A stretch of 64,000 bases of DNA, taken from a virus. A program made the translations under genes and the position numbers. The DNA lies in IMG/VR virus record IMGVR_UViG_3300017779_000001; one strand, 5' to 3'. Of this stretch, positions 50,325 through 58,247 are shown piece by piece. Under the pieces are notes generated by a model. That model saw only the letters and a list, made by a program, of their open reading frames with translations. It searched no databases and was not told where the DNA came from. The stretch's first letter is position 1. Every line of letters begins with the position of its first letter.

Positions 50325-50519
50325 ATGCAACTTCCCCTACCCCTAAATAAATGTAGAGATGCTACTCCTAAGGAAGTAGAGGAATGGAGAGAAAAGGATT
50401 TCTTTTCCAAAGGTGATTTCGATGTGATGAAAGTTTTCGTATTATTCCCTTCCCTCATCCAACTTTTTATGTTAGGATTAATGTTAGTTATCTTCTTTAT
50501 AAATGGTAAAACTTTTTAA
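50325..50519 (+). CDS. small membrane protein
   Basis: RDATPKEVEEW.. followed by a long hydrophobic helix. Confidence 0.6.
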   Translation: MQLPLPLNKCRDATPKEVEEWREKDFFSKGDFDVMKVFVLFPSLIQLFMLGLMLVIFFINGKTF

Positions 50520-50670
50520 AACAACAATTCGATTATTGATGGGTCTTGGAAAAGAGACAGAATATGAATTCACACCCAATGAAGTATTTCTATTCAGTTT
50601 ATTTTTGGGAACATCATTTATGAGTATAATTGTATGTCTAATTCTTCTAGTAAATAATCTCTTTTTATAA
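50503..50670 (+). CDS. small membrane protein (55 aa, not in ORF track)
   Basis: MVKLFKTTIRLLMGLGKETEYEFTPNEVFLFSLFLGTSFMSIIVCLILLVNNLFL. Confidence 0.55.
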   Translation: MVKLFKTTIRLLMGLGKETEYEFTPNEVFLFSLFLGTSFMSIIVCLILLVNNLFL

Positions 50671-50808
50671 TACTAAGAGTCTCCTTGTGGGACATAATTA
50701 TGATATCATGAGATTTTGATACTGTCAATAGACTTTTTAAAATAAATTAAATTAAAAAAACTTCAAAAACCTCTAGACACAGAGACAAATATACAGTATT
50801 ATAGTTAC

Positions 50809-51375
50809 ATGACTACTAAAACTAAAGCACAACAACAAGAACACTATGTGAATAACAAAGAGTTCACAGCAGCTGTTACTGAGTACAATCAACAAGTTAA
50901 AGAAGCTCTAGACAGAGAAGAAGAAAAACCTCAAATGTCAGAATACATTGGTGAATGCATCTATAAGATTGCAACCCGTCTATCGACACGTCCAAACTTT
51001 ATCAACTATACCTATAGAGATGAAATGATTTGTGATGCAATTGAGAACTGTCTACAGTACATCAACAATTTCAATCCCGAAAAATCCAGTAATGCATTTG
51101 CATACATTACACAGATATGTTACTATGCATTCTTAAGACGTATACAAAAAGAAAAGAAACAAGTATACATCAAACAGAAAACAATTGAGAAAGTAGGAAT
51201 CGAGGGGAGTGGATTTACCACAATCGATGGTCAACACGACCCTTCACTCGTCAATACTAATATCGAATGGATGCAAGAAAATATGAATCCAGTCGACTAC
51301 AAACCTAGAAAAGACAAAAAAACAACAACAACCAAAAAGAAAACTAAAAACAACCTAGATAAATTTACAGAATGA
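50809..51375 (+). CDS. gp55: late transcription sigma factor gp55
   Basis: HYVNNKEF, YIGECIYKIATRLS.RPNFINYTYRDEMICDAIENC, AFAYITQICYYAFLRRI.KEKKQ. Confidence 0.97.
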   Translation: MTTKTKAQQQEHYVNNKEFTAAVTEYNQQVKEALDREEEKPQMSEYIGECIYKIATRLSTRPNFINYTYRDEMICDAIENCLQYINNFNPEKSSNAFAYITQICYYAFLRRIQKEKKQVYIKQKTIEKVGIEGSGFTTIDGQHDPSLVNTNIEWMQENMNPVDYKPRKDKKTTTTKKKTKNNLDKFTE

Positions 51376-52439
51376 AAATAGCTCTATTGAATGACACCCA
51401 TGCTGGTGTCCGTGGAGATATGGTTGCAATGTCCGAGTACCAAGGACGTTTCTATGAAGAGGTATTCTTCCCATATCTAGATGAACATAATATCAAAAAC
51501 ATAATTCACTTAGGTGATTATTTTGATAGACGTAAGTACGTAAACTTTGCAAGTCTCAAAGCAAACAAAGAACACTTCATTGAACCTATGATTGAACGTG
51601 GTATTACTATGGATTTAATCTTAGGTAACCATGACACTTACTATAAGAATACCAATGATGTAAATGCACCCGAGTTGTTATTGTTCCAAGAGAGTAATAT
51701 AAACATCATCAGTGAACCCACTACTAAAGAGTATGATGGGTTTGAGTTATCATTAGTTCCGTGGATTAATCCCGAAAATTTTGCAGACACAATTGATTAC
51801 TTACGAAACTGTACTGCAACATGGTGTATGGGTCACTTTGAAATCGAAGGTGCATTGATGATGCCTGGCGTTGCATGTACTCATGGTTTTGACCATGTAC
51901 ATTTGAAAAGGTTTGAAAAGGTTTTGAGTGGTCACTTCCATCAGAAATCAGAAGTTCAGAATATTAAATACTTGGGTTCACAGATGCAGTTCACGTGGTC
52001 AGATTTTGGAGACAACAAATACTTCCACATATTTGATACGGATACACAAGAGTTATCTCCTATATTAAATCCACTTACAATGTTTGAAAAGATATTCTAT
52101 GATGACACAGATGAAACATTCGACACTATCAAAGACAAAGACTATTCACACTTAAAAGAAAAGTTTGTAAAAATTATTGTTGTCAATAAAGACAACCCGT
52201 ATTGGTTCGATGTATTCTTAGATGAAGTACACAAACAAGAACCATTGCACTTATCAGTAGTCGATGACCACAAGAACATCGACTTACTGGACGATGATGA
52301 AATCGAGAACGTAGAGGATACTCTCACAATACTAAACAAATATGTTGACAGTATGGACATCCAAGGAAAGAAGAGACCTCTAAACGATTTAATGAAAACA
52401 TTATATAATGAAGCTTTGGATGAACACAACTATCTATGA
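51372..52439 (+). CDS. gp47: recombination endonuclease subunit gp47 (Mre11/SbcD-like)
   Basis: DTH, LGDYFDRR, GNHD, GHFE, SGHFH phosphoesterase motifs. Confidence 0.96.
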   Translation: MKIALLNDTHAGVRGDMVAMSEYQGRFYEEVFFPYLDEHNIKNIIHLGDYFDRRKYVNFASLKANKEHFIEPMIERGITMDLILGNHDTYYKNTNDVNAPELLLFQESNINIISEPTTKEYDGFELSLVPWINPENFADTIDYLRNCTATWCMGHFEIEGALMMPGVACTHGFDHVHLKRFEKVLSGHFHQKSEVQNIKYLGSQMQFTWSDFGDNKYFHIFDTDTQELSPILNPLTMFEKIFYDDTDETFDTIKDKDYSHLKEKFVKIIVVNKDNPYWFDVFLDEVHKQEPLHLSVVDDHKNIDLLDDDEIENVEDTLTILNKYVDSMDIQGKKRPLNDLMKTLYNEALDEHNYL

Positions 52440-54151
52440 TAAAATTTGAAAAGGTAAGATACAAGAATTTACTATCTTCGGGAAACACATTTACAGAAAT
52501 TAATTTAGACACACATCAAACCACATTGGTTATTGGTGAGAATGGTGCTGGTAAATCCACCATGTTAGATGCATTATGCTTTGGACTCTATGGTAAAGGG
52601 TTCAGGAATCTAAAAAAAGATTTACTTATCAACTCTATCAATCAGAGAGAATTACTTGTAGAGGTAGAATTCTCGGTTGGTAGAAAAAAGTATAAGGTAG
52701 TGAGGGGTGCAAAACCAAATCGATTTGAATTGTATCTGAATGACACACTCATCAACCAAGAGGCAAACCAAAGAGACTACCAAGAGATGTTAGAGAAGAA
52801 CATCTTGAAGATGAGTTACAGGTCTTTTACACAGGTTGCAATTCTAGGTTCTGCAAACTTCACACCTTTTATGCAATTGAAAGCAAGAGACAGACGTAAG
52901 TTAGTAGAAGACTTATTAGACATTTCTATATTCAGTACCATGAGAGATATACTTAGAAAGAAGATATCGAATCATACAGTTGAACTAAGAGACACAGACT
53001 ATGAGGTAAAGATTCTAGAGGAAAGACTTCATGGTCTTAACGAACAACTAGAAGCATTGAGAGTCAATCGAGAATCTAAAATCACTAGATATGAGAGTAC
53101 AGTAAAAGAAACACAAGACAACATCGAAGACTTGATGACAAAGATTGGGTCTAACAATGACCACATCACATCTCTAAGAAAAACAATTAGTGATGTCGAC
53201 CCACAGAAAGACAGATTAAAACAAGCAGAAGACGTTACAAGACAACTAGAAGCTGCAAGAAAGAAAGCACTTCAAGAAGTAAAATTCTATGAAGACCATG
53301 ACAATTGTCCAACATGTAAACAGGGGTTAGATGAGGAACACAAGAAGAAACACATTGAAGAGAAATCAGCAAAGGTTACAGAGGTCAAGGAGGCAGTGGT
53401 TTCACTCGACAAAACTATTAAAGAAACAAGAGAACGACTCGAAGAAATCGGAATAGTACAAGATGAGATAAACCAAGTCCAAAAAGAAATTGGTGTTACT
53501 CAAACAGAAGTCGTATCCAATCAAAAATACATTACGAAGATACAAAAAGAAATTGATTTATTGAAAAGTGAAGTCAGTGCATCTTCTGATACAGAAACAA
53601 AGATATCAGACAGTGAGGATAAACTAGAAATCCTAGAAGGTAAAAAGAAGACACTTGTTGAACAAGGTCATTACTTTGACATAGCTGGTCTACTTCTTAA
53701 AGACCAAGGTGTGAAAGAAAAGATTATCAAACAGTATATTCCAATCATGAACAAACTAATCAATAAGTATCTTGCACAAATGGAATTCTATGTCGGGTTT
53801 GAAATAGACGAAGGTTTCGAAGAGACTATCAAGTCAAGACACAGAGACGAATTCAAATACGATAACTTCTCTCAAGGTGAGAAGATGAGAATCGACCTTG
53901 CACTTTTGTTTACTTGGAGAGGTATTGCAAGAATGAAGAACAGTGTAAACACCAACCTTCTTGTTCTTGATGAAGTGTTTGACAGTTCCCTTGATGTCAA
54001 TGGTACAGATGAATTTCTAAAACTTCTTACAACACTTACAGAGAAAACAAATGCATTTATCATTTCACATAAAGGTGATGCACTCTATGATAAGTTTGAG
54101 AACGTACTACGATTTGAGAAACATAAAAACTTCAGTCGTATAGCAGAATAG
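52436..54151 (+). CDS. gp46: recombination ATPase subunit gp46 (Rad50/SbcC-like)
   Basis: GENGAGKST, CPTC zinc hook, FSQGEKMRID, LDEVFDSSLD. Confidence 0.97.
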   Translation: MIKFEKVRYKNLLSSGNTFTEINLDTHQTTLVIGENGAGKSTMLDALCFGLYGKGFRNLKKDLLINSINQRELLVEVEFSVGRKKYKVVRGAKPNRFELYLNDTLINQEANQRDYQEMLEKNILKMSYRSFTQVAILGSANFTPFMQLKARDRRKLVEDLLDISIFSTMRDILRKKISNHTVELRDTDYEVKILEERLHGLNEQLEALRVNRESKITRYESTVKETQDNIEDLMTKIGSNNDHITSLRKTISDVDPQKDRLKQAEDVTRQLEAARKKALQEVKFYEDHDNCPTCKQGLDEEHKKKHIEEKSAKVTEVKEAVVSLDKTIKETRERLEEIGIVQDEINQVQKEIGVTQTEVVSNQKYITKIQKEIDLLKSEVSASSDTETKISDSEDKLEILEGKKKTLVEQGHYFDIAGLLLKDQGVKEKIIKQYIPIMNKLINKYLAQMEFYVGFEIDEGFEETIKSRHRDEFKYDNFSQGEKMRIDLALLFTWRGIARMKNSVNTNLLVLDEVFDSSLDVNGTDEFLKLLTTLTEKTNAFIISHKGDALYDKFENVLRFEKHKNFSRIAE

Positions 54152-54159
54152 TATAAATA
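54152..54159 (+). promoter_or_regulatory. T4-type late promoter TATAAATA
   Basis: exact consensus 5 nt before the ATG at 54165. Confidence 0.8.
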
Positions 54160-54164
54160 GTACT

Positions 54165-55646
54165 ATGAAGAGTTTTAACGAATACCTAACAGAGACACCA
54201 CTCAATTCAAACTTTGAAGATATCTATAAGAGAAAAAACAAAGATAACTTTAATAAGAAAGCATTGTCGGGTGAACTAGAACTAGAGAATGGTGGTAAAA
54301 TGTTACCCCTAGGTAAAGATGATTATGCTCTAGAAAAAATCATGAGTGTAAGTGATGTTGGTGATTTAAAACCTGAGATAGGAAATATCAGAAAACACAT
54401 CAAATCAAATTGGGGTGTTGATAAGATATCAGATATCAGTAAAGACCTCAATGGTTTTTCTCCAGGCGAGTCGGGTAACCCAAGTGGTGAAGACTGGGAA
54501 GCTCTAATTGCAGTTGCAGTTAAAAAAGAAAGTGGAAGAACATTCGTAGAGACAGATGAGTGGAATAGAATTTCAAAGTATTGGGGAGACTGGGGTGACA
54601 GTGCAATCAAAATTGGTAATGAGTTCATCAAGAGATTTAAAATCAATGACCTAAATCAATTAGGTTCATCTACACTTCCAACATCAACACACTGGACTAA
54701 GTATGGTGCAACAAATAAGACACCAAAGACAGACTTACTACAAGACAAACATAAGATATCATTAAAGAAAGCAGGTGGTTCACAGTTGATGTCTGCTGGT
54801 AAAGAAGAAGCAATTGCAACCGTCAATGCAGCTATGATGACATTTGGTCAGACCAAAGCAGGTAAGGTTAAAATTTCATCAGTCATCGATACCCTAGAAG
54901 AAAAAATGGTTAAACTTTCTGAGAAAGGTACCGTAGGAAGTATTGAAGCCTTGAAAGGTAAGAGTAATCTAACACAAAGAGAACTAGATAGAATTGCAGA
55001 ACTAGAAGACGGACACCTTAAAGCAAACGATATCAATAATAAATTAGATGATATTTTTACTGATTTAAAATTCAAATCACATTTCTGTTTCGAAGCTGCA
55101 ACTGGTAACATTAAGTTTATGGATTCACCTGAGGGTGCATCGAACATGATGGTAGTATTTAAAGATACTGGTAAAGTGTCTGATACACTTACACTTGACA
55201 ATGCAGATAAAGCAGGAATGGTTCTTGCAAAGGGAAACAAGTTTTATGTTTCATTTAAATCTAGTAGTGGGTCTAAACCATATCTTGCACTAAGGACTTC
55301 TAAGATGACTAAGAAAGACCTTGCAAGAATGAATGAAGAAACTAAGTCATTCAAACAGATTATAAATGAAGAGATAAATAATAGTGGTATCTTCTTAACA
55401 GAAGAACTACAGCAACTAGACGAGTTTGCAATCTTTTCGAAACTTGCAAACAAAGTCAAAAACGTTGCATCCAATGTACTTAATAAAATTAAAAAAGTAT
55501 GGGAAGCTATCATGGCAAGAGTCAAGATGGCATTCAACTATATTAAGAAACTTGGAAAGATGGCAATCCGAGGATTAATGAATTTCTTTGGATTAGATAT
55601 TAAAACAGTAAAAGTGAATGGGGGAGGAAAATATCCCCTAATGTAA
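54165..55646 (+). CDS. late-expressed hypothetical protein with capsid-targeting-like leader and PD-(D/E)xK-like motif
   Basis: MKSFNEYLTE start; GEDWE...TPKTDL...KISLKK. Confidence 0.5.
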   Translation: MKSFNEYLTETPLNSNFEDIYKRKNKDNFNKKALSGELELENGGKMLPLGKDDYALEKIMSVSDVGDLKPEIGNIRKHIKSNWGVDKISDISKDLNGFSPGESGNPSGEDWEALIAVAVKKESGRTFVETDEWNRISKYWGDWGDSAIKIGNEFIKRFKINDLNQLGSSTLPTSTHWTKYGATNKTPKTDLLQDKHKISLKKAGGSQLMSAGKEEAIATVNAAMMTFGQTKAGKVKISSVIDTLEEKMVKLSEKGTVGSIEALKGKSNLTQRELDRIAELEDGHLKANDINNKLDDIFTDLKFKSHFCFEAATGNIKFMDSPEGASNMMVVFKDTGKVSDTLTLDNADKAGMVLAKGNKFYVSFKSSSGSKPYLALRTSKMTKKDLARMNEETKSFKQIINEEINNSGIFLTEELQQLDEFAIFSKLANKVKNVASNVLNKIKKVWEAIMARVKMAFNYIKKLGKMAIRGLMNFFGLDIKTVKVNGGGKYPLM

Positions 55647-55649
55647 ATT

Positions 55650-56291
55650 ATGTATGAATTAGTAGAAGAAGCTAGTAAAGTTTTACGAACCCCACCACCA
55701 CAATTTGATTTCGACAATCCGTCTCATGACCCAAAGGAAATATCAGACAAACTGATTGAGTTATGTACACAGTATAACGGTATAGGATTATCTGCAAATC
55801 AAGTGGGATTACCCGTGAAGTGTTGTGTCATGATGACAACAGAAGGTGCAAAGATATTCTTTAACCCCGAGTTGAAAGCAGTGTCACAAGAAACAGAGTT
55901 AGAGAAAGAAGGATGTCTATCATTTCCCGACATCTATGTCTCTATCAAAAGACCAAAAATAGTCGAAGTAGAATATCAAGATGTGAATGGTGAAACACAA
56001 AGTGAACAACTACAAGGACTTGCATCAAGATGTATACAGCATGAGATTGACCATTTGAATGGAATAGTATTTCTCCAACGTGCATCAAGATTAAAACTAG
56101 AACGTGCATTGAAAGCTCGTCCTAAAGAACAAAGAAAGAGATTAGAATATGAAGCCAGACTTAAAGTTGTTGAAGAAATCAGAAGAAGAGCCGAAGAAGC
56201 TAAAGTTCATCAAGAAAGTGAACGTACTGAGTTACACTCAGAGGAAGAACCTAATACACTTCCACAAGACTCATCCGAATCTTCTAAGTAA
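55650..56291 (+). CDS. def: peptide deformylase
   Basis: GIGLSANQVG, EGCLS and QHEIDH signature motifs. Confidence 0.95.
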   Translation: MYELVEEASKVLRTPPPQFDFDNPSHDPKEISDKLIELCTQYNGIGLSANQVGLPVKCCVMMTTEGAKIFFNPELKAVSQETELEKEGCLSFPDIYVSIKRPKIVEVEYQDVNGETQSEQLQGLASRCIQHEIDHLNGIVFLQRASRLKLERALKARPKEQRKRLEYEARLKVVEEIRRRAEEAKVHQESERTELHSEEEPNTLPQDSSESSK

Positions 56292-56826
56292 TTACGACAC
56301 TGCAGAACATTACAATAATCGTAAGATAGATTTATGTAATGTCAGAACACACATGGTTCGTGATTGTATGAGATATGTGGAAATGGTTGCACTCAATGAA
56401 GTTGCAAAACACGCAAAGAATATCATGTATCCCGAACAGACGGAACTGATGAGATTCCCATTAGGAAGTCACCAACCTACCCACATTGATACCTACTCTG
56501 ATTTAAGTTCAGACGACCCCGATGCACCACCCGTATATCCACAAACAGAATGGGCTGCAATATGTTATCTCAATGATAACTATGGTGGTGGTGAACTGTG
56601 GTTTCCAAAACAAGAAGGTATTGAAGAAGAATTTGTATATACACCTGTAGCAGGAGAGATGGTAATCTTTGAAGGATTAACTTTTGAACATGGTGTAAAG
56701 AAAGTTTATAAGGCAGATAGGTACACTATACCTATGTGGTTCACGTCCAACCCTATGGACATGAGACCCGACCAACCCATGGATGTGGGTGATGATGATT
56801 ACACATCATTTAATAGAATAACTTAG
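56149..56826 (+). CDS. 2OG-Fe(II) oxygenase (prolyl 4-hydroxylase-like)
   Basis: HID (HxD), ICYLNDNYGGGELWF, HGVKKV...RYTIPMWF; start uncertain. Confidence 0.85.
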   Translation: MKPDLKLLKKSEEEPKKLKFIKKVNVLSYTQRKNLIHFHKTHPNLLSNYDTAEHYNNRKIDLCNVRTHMVRDCMRYVEMVALNEVAKHAKNIMYPEQTELMRFPLGSHQPTHIDTYSDLSSDDPDAPPVYPQTEWAAICYLNDNYGGGELWFPKQEGIEEEFVYTPVAGEMVIFEGLTFEHGVKKVYKADRYTIPMWFTSNPMDMRPDQPMDVGDDDYTSFNRIT

Positions 56827-56901
56827 GGGCTATAGCTCAGTTGGGAGAGCGACTGGTTTGCAATCAGTAGGTCGTGGGTTCGATTCCCTCTAGCTCCACC
56901 A
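56826..56901 (+). tRNA. tRNA-Ala (UGC)
   Basis: GGGGCTA/TAGCTCC acceptor with G3:U70, anticodon loop TT-TGC-AA, TTCGA T-loop, encoded CCA. Confidence 0.95.
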
Positions 56902-56906
56902 CTTAA

Positions 56907-56996
56907 GGAAGATTGGCAGAGTGGTTGAATGCACTGGTCTTGAAAACCAGCATACCTTTATCGGTATCGAAGGTTCGAATCCTTCATCTTCCGCCA
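56907..56996 (+). tRNA. tRNA-Ser (UGA)
   Basis: GGAAGAT/ATCTTCC acceptor, CTGGT-CTTGAAA-ACCAG anticodon arm, long variable arm, encoded CCA. Confidence 0.95.
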
Positions 56997-57004
56997 CTTT
57001 CGTG

Positions 57005-57034
57005 TTGACAGTGGGTCACACTTTTTGTTAATAT
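57005..57034 (+). promoter_or_regulatory. phage early promoter, copy 1
   Basis: TTGACA-GTGGGTCACACTTTTTGT-TAATAT. Confidence 0.75.
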
Positions 57035-57041
57035 ACAAACC

Positions 57042-57473
57042 ATGAAGGACTTTAAAAAGAACATATTGATTGATTTTCATGGGAGAATTGCACAAAAATC
57101 TCGTATTGAAAAATATGTCAAGAATGTAATACATCATTATTGTCCTAGAATGAGAAGAATAGTCGATGTGGATATCTATATTCACAACCTATTAGATAAT
57201 GAATGTTATGGATTCTGTAGTGGTGGTAAGAACCACATTGATATAGAACTTGCAAGAGGTACATCTGAGATTGATTTTGACTTAGATTATATGATGCTCA
57301 ACCTTGCACATGAGTTGATACATGCAAAACAATTTCTGTTAGGACAACTCAGTCCTACAAACTTTAGATGGAAGACCAAAGATTATGAGGGTGTACCATA
57401 TTCAAGAACCCCATGGGAACGAGAAGCATACCGAAAAGAAGATTGGGTGTATGAAACTTTTTGGCATAACTAA
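57042..57473 (+). CDS. zincin-like (HExxH) hypothetical protein
   Basis: LAHELIHAKQF...PWEREAY. Confidence 0.7.
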   Translation: MKDFKKNILIDFHGRIAQKSRIEKYVKNVIHHYCPRMRRIVDVDIYIHNLLDNECYGFCSGGKNHIDIELARGTSEIDFDLDYMMLNLAHELIHAKQFLLGQLSPTNFRWKTKDYEGVPYSRTPWEREAYRKEDWVYETFWHN

Positions 57474-57476
57474 AAC

Positions 57477-57506
57477 TTGACAATGGGTCTCACTTTTTTG
57501 TATACT
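57477..57506 (+). promoter_or_regulatory. phage early promoter, copy 2
   Basis: TTGACA-ATGGGTCTCACTTTTTTG-TATACT. Confidence 0.88.
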
Positions 57507-57533
57507 ATAAGAGTAATAAAGAAAGGAGATAAA

Positions 57534-57731
57534 ATGTCAAACATTCACAACGACAACATTAAAGAAGAGATTCTTTCAGATATCTATGATATGGCAGATA
57601 AAGATATTTGGAATGTAATCTTTGCAATTCAAAACGAATTTGGTATTGAGAAATTACCAAACCCTGAGGGTGGTGAACACGGGTTCATTGCAAAACTTTT
57701 TGAACTTAGATATGAAGCGAGGTGCATTTAA
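57534..57731 (+). CDS. hypothetical early protein
   Basis: ATG after SD AAGGAG; the ORF-track start at 57477 lies inside the promoter. Confidence 0.65.
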   Translation: MSNIHNDNIKEEILSDIYDMADKDIWNVIFAIQNEFGIEKLPNPEGGEHGFIAKLFELRYEARCI

Positions 57732-58030
57732 TGTTAGATATGGATTACATTGAAACTGGGTTAGATACCTGTCAATATACTTTAAATGGTGTAACAACTA
57801 CTGCAATAATCACAGAGGTTACACCCCATGAAATCTCAGTAAAACCCATCAGTAGAATGGGTAAGAATGTCTATGAGACTAATTTAGACACTACGTTTAT
57901 AGGACAGACATTCTCTTCAGAATGTTATGAATATATCAACCTAGAGATATGGATGGACGGTAGAGGATGTGATAACTCTGCAATTGGTGTCAGTGGTTGT
58001 TATGAACCATACACTAGGTTGGTTGCATAA
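57731..58030 (+). CDS. hypothetical early protein
   Basis: TAATG coupling at both ends. Confidence 0.6.
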   Translation: MLDMDYIETGLDTCQYTLNGVTTTAIITEVTPHEISVKPISRMGKNVYETNLDTTFIGQTFSSECYEYINLEIWMDGRGCDNSAIGVSGCYEPYTRLVA

Positions 58031-58215
58031 TGAATACTTATCTTAAAGAAATAACAGAATGGGATAGTAATGTTTCTAACCACACCTACATTGTAAATAA
58101 AAAAACTGAACTTGTAGGGTACATCAAGAGTGGAACTAAAGAAGAGATAATTTTTAAATCCCCTATGAAACAATTTTCAAAAGCAAGGAGGAAGTTCGTA
58201 CAAATAAAAAGTTGA
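58030..58215 (+). CDS. hypothetical early protein
   Basis: LKEITEWD...NHTYIV...FSKARRKF; coupled to the upstream stop. Confidence 0.65.
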   Translation: MNTYLKEITEWDSNVSNHTYIVNKKTELVGYIKSGTKEEIIFKSPMKQFSKARRKFVQIKS

Positions 58216-58241
58216 CAATGGGTCTCACTTTTTTGTATACT
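58212..58241 (+). promoter_or_regulatory. phage early promoter, copy 3
   Basis: identical 30-mer to copy 2. Confidence 0.88.
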
Positions 58242-58247
58242 ATAAAC

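Noticed and set aside
57477-58247. Shared N-terminal peptide MTMGLTFLYTI on two ORFs
   Set aside because: Artefact of translating the repeated promoter from its TTG; real starts are 57534 and 58248
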